Shown in pieces: positions 9,910 through 20,488 of a stretch of 64,000 nt of DNA. The stretch's first letter is position 1. Every line of letters starts with the position of its first letter. The stretch is from Candidatus Babeliales bacterium (GTDB taxonomy: Bacteria; Babelota; Babeliae; Babelales; JANWKD01): assembly GCA_963722255.1 (NCBI GenBank), contig CAVRJO010000002.1:384001-448000 (forward strand). The letters are read 5' to 3'. Both the position numbers and the translations under genes were made by a program. A model generated the notes under the pieces. The model had not been told where the DNA came from. It saw nothing but the letters and a program-made list of their open reading frames with translations, and searched no databases.

Positions 9910-11436
9910 ATGCGCTTTTCAGCAATTTTTTTGTATTTTTTATTGCTAACGACAAACTCTATTTTATCAACGACCTATAAACTTACTCATCCAAGTCAAA
10001 CACCATGGCCGGGTTTTTTTAGTGTTTTTAATACCGTCTTAGGAGCACTCGAGTTTTATGAAAATAGCGATGATGCCGATGGTTTTATTGTTGATTTTGA
10101 AAAATCAGGTTTCTTTTATGATCCAAATTTTGGAGAAAATTGGTGGGAATATTATTTTGAACCAATCAAACTCGGTACGCCCAATATCAATGAGATAATA
10201 TTCAAAGAATATAAAAAAATTACTTTTAGTTTTTCTGCGCAACTTAAAATGTCTCGAGAAAGAAGCTATGAGCTTATTAATAACTACATAAAACTTAAAC
10301 CACATATACAAAATAAACTTGATGCATTTGTTAAAGAACATTTTGAAGGAGAAACTGTTATCGGCCTTCATTATCGAGGAACCGATAAAATTCTTGAAGC
10401 ACCAAAAATCAATTATGAGCTAGTAGGGAAACTCTTATCAAAAGAAATTGAAAATGATAATTCCATTAAAATTTTTGTAGCCACCGATGAGGATTCCTTT
10501 TTGCAGTATATGTATAAAAAGTTTCCGGGAAGGATTATCGCTTTAGATGCCATTCGTTCAAAAAATGATATACCGGTACATAAAATTATGACAGAAAGTC
10601 CTTACCAAAAAGGAGAAGATGCATTACTCGATTGTTTATTACTTTCAAAATGCTCAAAAATTTATAAAACTGCTTCAAATCTCAGCGATGTTTCAATAAA
10701 ATTTAATCCAACCATGCCTGTAATTAACATAAGCGAGCATTTTACTGAGAAAAAATCTTATAGTAGATATAATTTTTTTAAAGTATTGGATACTATTTTA
10801 ATGCTGCTCGATACCTATGAAAAAAACCCCAAAGCAGGATTCACTGCTTATTTGCCAACTAAAGATGCTAACTGGTGGGAATTTCATTTTAAACCCCTCA
10901 TTGTAGGCAATCCTCATCCAAATTTACAACTAGATGACATCGATTTAACTATTTTTGGCTTTACCGGAATCTATGAAATGGACCCCAATAGAGCATATGA
11001 GCTCATAACAAAATATATAGAAATTAAACCTCATGTCATTGATAAAGTTGAGGAACTTTATAACGAAAAATTAAAAAATTCATTTGTAGTAAGCATTTTT
11101 TACATGAAAGGTGAAGGAAATGATTACCAACACTACAATGAAATTATCTTCAGAACACAAAAAATTCTTCGCAATGCGCCTAATAATAATAAGATAGTAG
11201 TTATCACCGATGATAATCTTCTCATACAAGTAATGAGAGAAAAATTTTCAAATATAGTACATCCAGTAAGTCCTAAATGGCAAAATCTTGATGGTGAAGT
11301 AGATCTCCTTTTTTGCCTAATTATGGCAAGAGCAAATTATCTAATTGGCTCTCAATCAGTCTACCTTAAAGTAGTTTCTCAATTTAATCCTTTACTACCG
11401 GTTGTAGCAATTGGAGATTATTGGCTTGAAAAATAA
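9910..11436 (+). CDS. NodZ/O-fucosyltransferase-like glycosyltransferase with internal domain duplication
   Basis: GFFSVF, NWWEYYFEP, GLHYRGTDK, IFVATDE, D.LLLSKC; second degenerate copy (NFFKVL, NWWEFHFKP, IVVITDD). Confidence 0.7.
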   Translation: MRFSAIFLYFLLLTTNSILSTTYKLTHPSQTPWPGFFSVFNTVLGALEFYENSDDADGFIVDFEKSGFFYDPNFGENWWEYYFEPIKLGTPNINEIIFKEYKKITFSFSAQLKMSRERSYELINNYIKLKPHIQNKLDAFVKEHFEGETVIGLHYRGTDKILEAPKINYELVGKLLSKEIENDNSIKIFVATDEDSFLQYMYKKFPGRIIALDAIRSKNDIPVHKIMTESPYQKGEDALLDCLLLSKCSKIYKTASNLSDVSIKFNPTMPVINISEHFTEKKSYSRYNFFKVLDTILMLLDTYEKNPKAGFTAYLPTKDANWWEFHFKPLIVGNPHPNLQLDDIDLTIFGFTGIYEMDPNRAYELITKYIEIKPHVIDKVEELYNEKLKNSFVVSIFYMKGEGNDYQHYNEIIFRTQKILRNAPNNNKIVVITDDNLLIQVMREKFSNIVHPVSPKWQNLDGEVDLLFCLIMARANYLIGSQSVYLKVVSQFNPLLPVVAIGDYWLEK

Positions 11437-11487
11437 AGCACGTTTATACACAACAAAGGGCTCAGCCCGCATTTTGGACTTTAAATC

Positions 11488-12021
11488 ATGCAAAAGTTAA
11501 TTTTTTTATATCTACTATTCTTTTTCACTATTCCATTATTTGGGATGTTAGAAAACTTTAAAGAGATAGAATTAAACTCAACACCACATTCATTTACTGG
11601 TGAAAAGGTAGCAGCCTACATGCCTGAGAAACATATTTCTACTCTACCAAAGTCACTATCAAGATATAAATCGGCCTTTATTTTCCCTAAAGAATATTTA
11701 GATGAAAATAATCTTATGTTGGTCAATTTTGTTTTACAAGTGTTGCGTGCTCTTCCTCATGAACAATACTTCAATATCTATAAAGAGGATTATTTAGTAT
11801 ATGACTGTCGACAATTGTGTAAAATTTTAAAAGAACATTCATTGTGTAGTTCATGTATTGAAAAGAAAGCAAAAAAACAACAGAAAAAGGTACAACCTGT
11901 ATCCCCTACAGCAACATCAAATGATCTTCGCAATGCATTTATTTTTTTAGGCTCCTACGGTCTTTTTTGTTGCGGTTTAGGAGGAGGATTCATTTTATTA
12001 TATAATCGCTTTTTTAAATAG
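11488..12021 (+). CDS. exported hypothetical protein with C-terminal TM tail
   Basis: Signal peptide LFG|ML; hydrophobic tail ending YNRFFK. Confidence 0.65.
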   Translation: MQKLIFLYLLFFFTIPLFGMLENFKEIELNSTPHSFTGEKVAAYMPEKHISTLPKSLSRYKSAFIFPKEYLDENNLMLVNFVLQVLRALPHEQYFNIYKEDYLVYDCRQLCKILKEHSLCSSCIEKKAKKQQKKVQPVSPTATSNDLRNAFIFLGSYGLFCCGLGGGFILLYNRFFK

Positions 12022-12037
12022 GGTTAATTTTTTTAAT

Positions 12038-12862
12038 TCAAAAAAGTTTATAAAATAAACAATCCGGTAATAGCTTAAAGAGCCATGCAATCAAGCGCCA
12101 ACGGTGTGTAATATATGCATGAGAAACTTTATTTTCGATAGCAGTATAAATTTGATCGGCAGCTTTTTCAGAAGTAGCGCGCCAAAAACTAATCGGTTCC
12201 CCCATTGCAGTATCAACAGCTCCAGGTTCAATAGTTGTTACAATAATATTTTTATTATTACGAACCGCATAGGCTCTTAACCCTTCAAGATAATTGGAAA
12301 CAAATGCTTTTGAAGCACTATAAATAGGGGCACCCGGAATCCCGCGCAAAGCTGCAATTGATGAAATTCCAACAAGATGGCCTTGGCCCTGTTGAAAAAA
12401 ATAGTGCATCGAATCTTGCGCCAAAGCTGCAAACCCCAATACATTAACCATTATCGTTTCTTTCTGCTCATTCCAGTTCCACATATTCATCGTTCCCACA
12501 CCAGCATTTAAAATAATAAGATCTACTTTCCCCATCTTTTTTATCAATTTTTTTAAGATGATTTGTGAACGTTCTGTTTCTTTAATATCCATATAATGAA
12601 TGTAGGATTTTTCTGTCAACTCTTGCTGCAATGACTCCAATAAAAGTTTCCTTCTTCCGGTTAAGCCAACAATATAACCAGATTGGGATAATTTTTTTGC
12701 CAATGCTCTTCCAATTCCCGATGTAGCACCAATAATGATAGCTTTTTTTTGAATAGAAGATGTTTTTTGTAAGAAAGATGTTGAAATTAGTAGAGAAAAT
12801 ATGCCAATAAAAAAAATAATAATAAATTTTTTATTCAATTGCATGGTCCCAATTAAGATCAT
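12038..12862 (-). CDS. short-chain dehydrogenase/reductase
   Basis: GATSGIG, NAG, YSASK motifs. Confidence 0.92.
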   Translation of the reverse strand: MILIGTMQLNKKFIIIFFIGIFSLLISTSFLQKTSSIQKKAIIIGATSGIGRALAKKLSQSGYIVGLTGRRKLLLESLQQELTEKSYIHYMDIKETERSQIILKKLIKKMGKVDLIILNAGVGTMNMWNWNEQKETIMVNVLGFAALAQDSMHYFFQQGQGHLVGISSIAALRGIPGAPIYSASKAFVSNYLEGLRAYAVRNNKNIIVTTIEPGAVDTAMGEPISFWRATSEKAADQIYTAIENKVSHAYITHRWRLIAWLFKLLPDCLFYKLF

Positions 12863-12903
12863 TAACTAAGCTTTAATTTTTTACATTTAGTTTAACATAT
12901 CTA

Positions 12904-14175
12904 TCAAAAGTTCAACGTAATACCTGCGCCAATGGTATGCACACCAACAGAACGTTTGCCGTTAAAAGGAACTTTATAGAAAAACTGTAGTTGTGGTTTA
13001 AACCAAGAATCTTCGTTCATATCACACTGAAAATCATATTCTGCTTTAAAAATAAACTGATGAATTGTCCATTCTTCTAATGATACCGCCGTATTTGCTA
13101 TCTGTTGAGAAAAATCATTCGTGAACAATCCTAATCTATCATCATTGTGTTTCCAAAATTGATAAATTACCGAGGCAGATAGACCTCTATAAATTTGATA
13201 GGCTTGAAGAAAAAGATTATAACGTTGCGTAAAACCATATTCGGTATGAACTCGAGTTTCAGCTAAAAATAAAAATTCAGTTTGATCGGCATGAGTTTTT
13301 ATTCTTCGTGTTCGATTATCGCCAAAGAGTGTTAAAAATTCAAAATCGATTCCTCCACGAATATAATTGAACCAATTAAGAATTATGCCGCCTCCAAAAA
13401 AAATACCCCATGCACCATCAAAACCAAAAGGAACAAAAAATATATCATTTATATCAGTTTTGACACCCGTTGGAATAGTTAGTCCGGCACGTACGTTCAA
13501 ACCTACATTTTTTAAATATTCTTTCGCTTGAGGAAAATACTGCAACCATTCTCCCATAATAACTGCATCACCAAGTCCTGTTTTTTTCCAACCGTTTAAA
13601 TTAAGACATGGATCAAACTGTTTAAGCGTTTGCGAAAAATTATCCGTTAAATTTTCTTTAACGAGTATATCTTCTGCTGTAATATCTTGAGTTAAATCTA
13701 CAAAGCCAACGTTTTTTAAACGCATAGAAAGAACCGGCAAGAAAAAACCAACCGTTATATTATGTGGAACATGGTAGCGAGCACATAACACAGCATTAGC
13801 CAAAAGATCTAGATTTCCGCAAAATAAAAGATGACCCCGTACACCATCATCCTGCGGATTCATGAGTACATTTTGGAAAAAATTACTTTCCGGACTACTA
13901 TCTGGAAATCCTTTTAACATTGCCAAAGCATCTTGTGTTCCAGACCAGATCTGCATAACATTTACATGTTTATCAGTGCTATTATACCCTGATGATCTCA
14001 ACCCACCTTCATAATAACCCGTTATTTGCAATGGAGCACCACACCATTCTGGCGGACGTAAATTGATATCCCAAGGCCTAAAAAAGTTAATTGGAAAAAA
14101 ACCGAATGATTTATTGCTCAGGCATGATGCCACAACGAAAACGAGCAAGGCGATTTTTGTTCTTTTACCTGTCAT
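12904..14175 (-). CDS. putative outer-membrane beta-barrel protein
   Basis: Signal peptide, amphipathic strands, GLGD...GLTIPTG, C-terminal GAGITLNF (BAM-type terminal Phe). Confidence 0.65.
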   Translation of the reverse strand: MTGKRTKIALLVFVVASCLSNKSFGFFPINFFRPWDINLRPPEWCGAPLQITGYYEGGLRSSGYNSTDKHVNVMQIWSGTQDALAMLKGFPDSSPESNFFQNVLMNPQDDGVRGHLLFCGNLDLLANAVLCARYHVPHNITVGFFLPVLSMRLKNVGFVDLTQDITAEDILVKENLTDNFSQTLKQFDPCLNLNGWKKTGLGDAVIMGEWLQYFPQAKEYLKNVGLNVRAGLTIPTGVKTDINDIFFVPFGFDGAWGIFFGGGIILNWFNYIRGGIDFEFLTLFGDNRTRRIKTHADQTEFLFLAETRVHTEYGFTQRYNLFLQAYQIYRGLSASVIYQFWKHNDDRLGLFTNDFSQQIANTAVSLEEWTIHQFIFKAEYDFQCDMNEDSWFKPQLQFFYKVPFNGKRSVGVHTIGAGITLNF

Positions 14176-14199
14176 GATTGTAATCCTTGTTTTACTATG

Positions 14200-17139
14200 C
14201 TAATTATGAATTCGAAGACCAAAATCTCCTGCAAGAAGCCAATTTCCTGTTGCAGAATTCTGTACCAAAGCAGAGACATTTTTTGTTTTTTTCCCAATGT
14301 TTATTATTACAGAAAATAAATTGGGCTCAACTACTCTATAATTTTTTATATGCGGTAATGAGACAACATCCATAAATGGCTTTTCATGCATTTGTCTTGA
14401 TCGAGCACTAAAATAATGCACTCCGTCGGTAGCAAAATGGTCTCTAAAATTTGTAAAAGTAAATAATGGCATCAACCCCTTATCAAAATACCTATGATCC
14501 TGCAAAAGTTGAACAGTGGTATCAGTAATTCCATGTTTAGAAATATCGTTTACATACAAACGATAAACACGCGTCATATTTTCTAATAATGAACCCGTTG
14601 AAACATATACTTGTCCACTGTGACAAAAACCATTTTTTTGACCCGTTGCCGTCACAAAAAACAGCCTATATACCGCTCCTTTTGCATGAGGCAAAACAAT
14701 TTGATTCCATTGCATAGAGCCATAAACATCGGTTCTACAATCCTTTCCTGCAGCATTAACCAAGAGACCTTTTGAAGTTGCAAGTAAGCAAAGTGGTCCT
14801 GATACACCAACATCAAAAAAGCAACCTTCTTGCGGTGCAATTTCTATTACAACAGATCCTTTTTGCAAAGTAGCTTCTTGCACAACTTCCTGGCTTATTG
14901 CAATTCTTTCAAGCTTATTTTTAGTAAGTACAAATAAAAACTGCTCATCTGCTGCAAGTTTTTTAATTCCGTTCCAATTTCCTATTTTTTTAAATGAATA
15001 GTTTTTTTGAATACCTGCAAAATGGGGCAATATTCCGGGATCACGTGCAATTCCTGAACCATCATCGGCCGCAAGAATAGCCGCACCTTTCATACCTGCA
15101 ACAATAAGCCAAGCTTGTACCTCATCATGAACAACCACAGCTTCTGTTATTGATCCAATTTCATCCAAAACGCCACCTTCAACAACAAGCACATTAGGCT
15201 TACTTATATCCTGAGGTTCTGTTACCGGCGTAATTGAGCCATTATTATTAGTAGAAATATTGGTTGTGAAGCCTTCTTTAAATGCAGTAAAGATAGCTTC
15301 GTTATTTAAATTTCCTGTTTCAACAAGAACAATTTTTTTGTATCCTGTTGCAACAAGTAATGATACCAGATTATTGTTACCACAAAGAGGATTTGTTGTT
15401 GAAAAATCAAATAATCCATGTATACCACCGCGATCACGCTTAAATTGTTCATTAAGAAGATCAGCTAAATCGCCTTTTTCTTTTTCTGCGTCAACTCTTT
15501 CTTTATTTGGGGGAATATTTTGCGTTATTTGACAAACGACTTCAGGCTTTTCTGATTTTAAATATGCAATAAAAAATTGTTCTGTATTAATCATTGCTTT
15601 GGCTACACCTTCTTGAACTCCTGCAATACGTTGCCAAGGTGTCCATGCTGCTATTTTACCCTCTTTATCCAGAATTGCTTGAGAATGAAAGATACCAGGT
15701 TGTTGGCCACATCCTGCTTGTGCACAGGTAACATAAACCACATCTCCTTCAATTATCATATCAGTAATTAAACTTGGAAGTTCTTTACCTGCACCGACTT
15801 GAGTTTCTCTATCATATTTCGTTACAACATCTTCAAGAGAATCAACTTCATTATGCATTGCTCTGCCAAAAAGCCTACGCTCAAAATATTTGTTATCGAT
15901 ACTACTATGCTTAGATGCAATGGTTCCTTTTGATCTATCTTCTGATGACTCTTGAATAGTTTGGATTACCCCCTTATCAGTTAAGGGCAAAGCATATACT
16001 TCTTTGTCAGTTTGATGGGGCTCACCAACACCACCAACAAGAATTAGATAGATATATCCCGTACTTGTACACATGGTACGAACTTTATGTATAGAACTAC
16101 CAACTCCAGGACCACAAGCACCAATAATCTTATCGCTTCCCCGGCAAAGGCAATCCGGCATAATAGGATCAAAAACAAGCCGCTGTTGAGCATCGATTCT
16201 TCCGATTAAAAGCGCCCTACTCCCCTGCGTTTCAGAACAATCAAAAGAATTTTTAACATGTAATGCAATATAAAGCCTTCCAAGATATGGATTCCAATAC
16301 ATATCTACAGCTTTGGAATCTATAGAATAGCTTCCTCCATTAATAGAAATAACCGATTGATCAAGAGCAACAGCTTTATTACCAAATGAAGTTCCGGTTG
16401 CTGCATCTAGAACATTGAAACAATAATCTATCTTTTTTTCAGTTTTTTCTTTGCCATCGTAATCTTTTGTAAGAACTTCTTCTACTTTTCTGTCATATTT
16501 AATGACGGCAATCCCACTAGCACTTGCATCACCCCAAAGCCCTTTACTATCTTCTACTGCGGCAAAAACATAGGTGCTTTGGTTATTCTCTATTGTTCCT
16601 GTTGTACCTAATGCAAGTCCAAGAATACCAGCTGAAACATCTCCTACTACATCTTTTAAAGGCTCGGTTGCAAGTAATTTTTGATACGTTGCCGTTATAA
16701 TATTTTCAATATAACAAACAATATTTGGATTTTTTTCTGTAACAAATAGTGGATAGGTAGTGGCCGTAGAAAGATGTTTAATGGAAGAGTTAAAACAAGG
16801 ATGAACTTGATCAGGTTCTTCGTTAATCATAGCGGTTTCACAAGCAACTCCCCTTGGTTCATGAACAACATTCAATAGACTCCGCGCCGGATTATTTTCT
16901 ATATAACCATAGGCTAAAGAATCGTTCTTTTCACCTTCTTTTGAGCTACAAAAGTAGAAGTTTGCAGAATTTTGAGGCCTGTTAAAATTTGAATCAAATT
17001 CATACCCCTTAAATTTAAAGAGAGTAGGATAATAGGGTAATGGTATTGTTACCAGTTTCTGTAGATACTCTCTATATGTAGTATACGTGGGTACAATGAT
17101 TGTCGCGACAAAAATTACAATAGCGGTTCTAAGTTTCAT
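14200..17139 (-). CDS. large exported beta-rich (propeller-like) hypothetical protein
   Basis: 979-aa ORF, AGGAAG RBS, N-terminal hydrophobic segment, short strand motifs (LLVATG, LLATSKGL, LAGDFGL). Confidence 0.75.
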   Translation of the reverse strand: MKLRTAIVIFVATIIVPTYTTYREYLQKLVTIPLPYYPTLFKFKGYEFDSNFNRPQNSANFYFCSSKEGEKNDSLAYGYIENNPARSLLNVVHEPRGVACETAMINEEPDQVHPCFNSSIKHLSTATTYPLFVTEKNPNIVCYIENIITATYQKLLATEPLKDVVGDVSAGILGLALGTTGTIENNQSTYVFAAVEDSKGLWGDASASGIAVIKYDRKVEEVLTKDYDGKEKTEKKIDYCFNVLDAATGTSFGNKAVALDQSVISINGGSYSIDSKAVDMYWNPYLGRLYIALHVKNSFDCSETQGSRALLIGRIDAQQRLVFDPIMPDCLCRGSDKIIGACGPGVGSSIHKVRTMCTSTGYIYLILVGGVGEPHQTDKEVYALPLTDKGVIQTIQESSEDRSKGTIASKHSSIDNKYFERRLFGRAMHNEVDSLEDVVTKYDRETQVGAGKELPSLITDMIIEGDVVYVTCAQAGCGQQPGIFHSQAILDKEGKIAAWTPWQRIAGVQEGVAKAMINTEQFFIAYLKSEKPEVVCQITQNIPPNKERVDAEKEKGDLADLLNEQFKRDRGGIHGLFDFSTTNPLCGNNNLVSLLVATGYKKIVLVETGNLNNEAIFTAFKEGFTTNISTNNNGSITPVTEPQDISKPNVLVVEGGVLDEIGSITEAVVVHDEVQAWLIVAGMKGAAILAADDGSGIARDPGILPHFAGIQKNYSFKKIGNWNGIKKLAADEQFLFVLTKNKLERIAISQEVVQEATLQKGSVVIEIAPQEGCFFDVGVSGPLCLLATSKGLLVNAAGKDCRTDVYGSMQWNQIVLPHAKGAVYRLFFVTATGQKNGFCHSGQVYVSTGSLLENMTRVYRLYVNDISKHGITDTTVQLLQDHRYFDKGLMPLFTFTNFRDHFATDGVHYFSARSRQMHEKPFMDVVSLPHIKNYRVVEPNLFSVIINIGKKTKNVSALVQNSATGNWLLAGDFGLRIHN

Positions 17140-17381
17140 TATTCACTTCCTTTAAAGAGCATAAAAAGAATTCATTATAGCTTATCACAGATTTTTGTTG
17201 TCAACCATCGGTAGCTGTTTGATATAAGTGTAAGTTATTTTAAAAAAAGCGCACCATTTTCAAACTTTTATAGACTACTAAAAAAAATAATTATTTCCAA
17301 ATAATAAAACATGTGTTATACAGATATTATATATAAGTTTTATATTTTTTAATTTATTTTTATACTAGGTATTTTTTATTA

Positions 17382-18917
17382 ATGAATACGACGATATATT
17401 CAGCAACAACCGTAGGCGTTGATGCGTATAATGTTCATGTAGAAGTTGATCTTTCATTAGGCATGCTTCAATTTTTTATTGTTGGACTCCCTGATCGGGC
17501 AATTAATGAAAGTCGTCAACGAATACAAACCGCTTTAAAAAATAGTGGTATACGACTACCTGAAAGAAAGATCACCGTAAACCTTGCACCGGCGGATTTA
17601 AAAAAAGAAGGCACCTTATTTGATTTGCCCATAGCAATCGGTATTTTACAAGCCAGTAAACTTATCAATCTTGATCAACAATTCTTAGAAGAAACCTTAT
17701 TTCTTGGAGAACTTTCTCTTGATGGGACCATCAGAAGCATCAAAGGGGCACTTGCTATCGCTTGCGATGCAAAAAAATTACAAAAAAAACGAATAATTCT
17801 TCCTGAAGACAACGTATTTGAGGCATCTCTTATTGACGGCATTGAAGTAATAGGAGCGCAAAGTTTGGTACATTTGATTGGTTATTTGCGCAAAGAAATA
17901 GCAATAACAACCATTATGGGTGGCACCCAAAGTTTTAATGGCAAAAAATTAAAGAGCGATCTTGACTTTAATCAAGTTAAAGGCCAACACCAAGCAAAAC
18001 GTGCTTTACAAATTACAGCGGCCGGACGTCATAACATTCTCTTTGTAGGATCTCCCGGTTCAGGAAAAACAATGCTTGCAAAGAGATTGCCAACCATTAT
18101 GCCATCAATGTCATTTGAAGAAATCCTTGAAACGAGCAAAATTTATTCGATTAATGGAAAACTCACCAATAAGCATCTGGTCATCGAACGGCCATTTAGA
18201 AGCCCACACCACACTATCTCACAAGCCGGCCTTGTCGGAGGCGGAACATTTCCACAACCTGGAGAGATTAGCTTAACGCACAATGGCATTCTTTTTCTTG
18301 ATGAATTGACAGAGTTCAAACGCACAACACTTGAAGTTTTACGACAACCTCTTGAGAGCAAAACCGTTTGTATTTCCCGTGCAAACCATACCCTAAATTT
18401 TCCGGCATCTTTTTTATTAATAGCCGCACTCAACCCTTGCCCATGTGGATATTTAGGAGACAAAAAGAAGGAATGCTCCTGCCATCCTCAGCATATTAAA
18501 CGATATCTTGAAAAACTTTCTGGCCCTCTTATGGATCGTATCGATATTCAGATCCATATTCAATCATTGGAATATACAGATATACATAATCAACAGCAAA
18601 ATAAGAGCTCTGAAGAACTTTTAGTTGCCGTACACCATGCAGTTAAAACACAATATAATCGTTTTGGTAAAGCATACTATAATAGCGAAATGATGCCCGA
18701 TCAGATTGAAAAATATTGTATTCTTTCTGAACCGGCACAAGAAGCAATAAAAAAAGCATTTGATCGACTTCATTTGAGTATGCGCGGCTATCATAAAATT
18801 CTCAAAGTAGCACGCACTATTGCCGATCTCTCACAGTCAGAAATAATTGAGCTGAATCATATTCAAGAAGCAATTATGTATCGATCACTTGATCAAGCGC
18901 TAGAAAAACTTAGATAG
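17382..18917 (+). CDS. comM: YifB/ComM Mg-chelatase-like AAA+ ATPase
   Basis: IVGLPD, NLAPAD.KKEG, GSPGSGKT, RPFRSPHH, LFLDEL, NPCPCG. Confidence 0.93.
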   Translation: MNTTIYSATTVGVDAYNVHVEVDLSLGMLQFFIVGLPDRAINESRQRIQTALKNSGIRLPERKITVNLAPADLKKEGTLFDLPIAIGILQASKLINLDQQFLEETLFLGELSLDGTIRSIKGALAIACDAKKLQKKRIILPEDNVFEASLIDGIEVIGAQSLVHLIGYLRKEIAITTIMGGTQSFNGKKLKSDLDFNQVKGQHQAKRALQITAAGRHNILFVGSPGSGKTMLAKRLPTIMPSMSFEEILETSKIYSINGKLTNKHLVIERPFRSPHHTISQAGLVGGGTFPQPGEISLTHNGILFLDELTEFKRTTLEVLRQPLESKTVCISRANHTLNFPASFLLIAALNPCPCGYLGDKKKECSCHPQHIKRYLEKLSGPLMDRIDIQIHIQSLEYTDIHNQQQNKSSEELLVAVHHAVKTQYNRFGKAYYNSEMMPDQIEKYCILSEPAQEAIKKAFDRLHLSMRGYHKILKVARTIADLSQSEIIELNHIQEAIMYRSLDQALEKLR

Positions 18918-18939
18918 CTTTTTTATGTAGAATCTTCAA

Positions 18940-19191
18940 CTACTTAAGAAAATCATGAACGCACAAATTCTCTTCGAAAATAAAATCATTGCTGTGCAAA
19001 CCGTTCGATACATGAAGAAGCGTTCCAAATTGATATCCTAATGCAAATACTCCTTTTTCATATTCAAATGGATCTTCTTCATATTCTAAATGTTTATTTT
19101 CATATAACCAGGTCAATTCTGGAGGATTATTCATTCCAAACACAGAATACATACTAATGAAAAAAAGAGTTACTACTGCTTTCATAGTCAT
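18940..19191 (-). CDS. small exported hypothetical protein
   Basis: Signal peptide ending VFG|MN. Confidence 0.5.
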   Translation of the reverse strand: MTMKAVVTLFFISMYSVFGMNNPPELTWLYENKHLEYEEDPFEYEKGVFALGYQFGTLLHVSNGLHSNDFIFEENLCVHDFLK

Positions 19192-19300
19192 CCCATTTGC
19201 AAATATGATTTAACATTTAGTTGTTTTAAGAATAAACTAATTAGGTCATTCATATATATATTATGTATCCCTAGAAGGTACTTACTCTAAAGGAATTTTA

Positions 19301-19708
19301 ATGATCTTAGGAATTGGAATAGATTCTGTTGAAATAGATCGTTTTGAAAAATGGCATTTATATAAGTGTAAATCACTAACAAAAATTTTTAATCAAATCG
19401 AAATAGATTACTGCCTCAGTAACAATAAAAAAAGTGCTGAACGCTTTGCAGTACGCTTTGCAGCCAAAGAAGCATTTTTAAAAGCAATTTTTCAGCATAC
19501 CTGTCAAAAAAAGCCTCTTACCCTACTCACAATATGCAAGAATGTAGCCCTTATTAATGCACAAAGCGGCATGCCTGAACTCGTCATTGATTGGAAAAAT
19601 CTTCTTCCCTATCTAACAATTCAGACAGTACCGCTCAAAGTTCATGTTTCATTAACGCATAGCAATACGCTCGCTACAGCATTCATTATTTTAGAAAAAA
19701 TTATTTAA
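19301..19708 (+). CDS. acpS: holo-ACP synthase
   Basis: GIGID, RFAAKEAF.KA, VSLTH motifs. Confidence 0.95.
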   Translation: MILGIGIDSVEIDRFEKWHLYKCKSLTKIFNQIEIDYCLSNNKKSAERFAVRFAAKEAFLKAIFQHTCQKKPLTLLTICKNVALINAQSGMPELVIDWKNLLPYLTIQTVPLKVHVSLTHSNTLATAFIILEKII

Positions 19709-20307
19709 TTTACTTTTTCTTCTCTTGCAGCTTCTTGTTTACTTAATGCTAGTAATGAGAAAGATCCATCCTTTTTTGGCCTAAAACAACGTGCTTTAAT
19801 TTTTTGACCCTTTTTCTTCCTAATAAATGGCTTTGGTTTAATGTTTCCAGTATCAATTTTTTTACCATTTTTAGATTCTTCATTTTTTACCGGACTCATT
19901 TCTTTCTCTTTCATTTCAAAGAAATTTAAATCAGGTTCTTGTAAAAGATCAACTAATGAAACTAATTTTTCATTATCGTTCTCATATGTAATCTGGTCCA
20001 CTTTCATTGTTGGCATATTATCAGAAGACCAAGCTTCTCCTCGATAAACTAATTCAGAGAATAATTCATTAGAATTAAGAGTTAATGCATTCGTTGGCTC
20101 ATAAGAATCTTGAAAATAATTCATTATGTTTGTGTTTCCTGCTCCTGAACTATGCTCATTCATTATGCCGCTTCTAAAACCTTGCATACCAACAAGAAAT
20201 TGACCAAATAATTCATTTTGCTTATCCATGCCATAGATTGTGTACATACTCATAGAACTACACATAAAACCGATTGCCAAATAACACTTTTTCATTGAAA
20301 ACCTCAT
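19705..20307 (-). CDS. exported hypothetical protein with basic C-terminus
   Basis: Signal peptide IYG|MD; RKKKGQKIKARCFRPKK. Confidence 0.65.
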   Translation of the reverse strand: MRFSMKKCYLAIGFMCSSMSMYTIYGMDKQNELFGQFLVGMQGFRSGIMNEHSSGAGNTNIMNYFQDSYEPTNALTLNSNELFSELVYRGEAWSSDNMPTMKVDQITYENDNEKLVSLVDLLQEPDLNFFEMKEKEMSPVKNEESKNGKKIDTGNIKPKPFIRKKKGQKIKARCFRPKKDGSFSLLALSKQEAAREEKVN

Positions 20308-20488
20308 AAATATAATATGTACAAAAAATAAAATACTCTTTATAGTATAACAATTTAATAATTTATTGCAATAAGAAATTTAATAGCAGCAAAAAATTCG
20401 AACTCGGCCACTATAAACTGTTCTGATCAAAAGGAAAAATATGTAACAATATAATAATGCATATATTCAATTATTAAATAAGAAAAAA

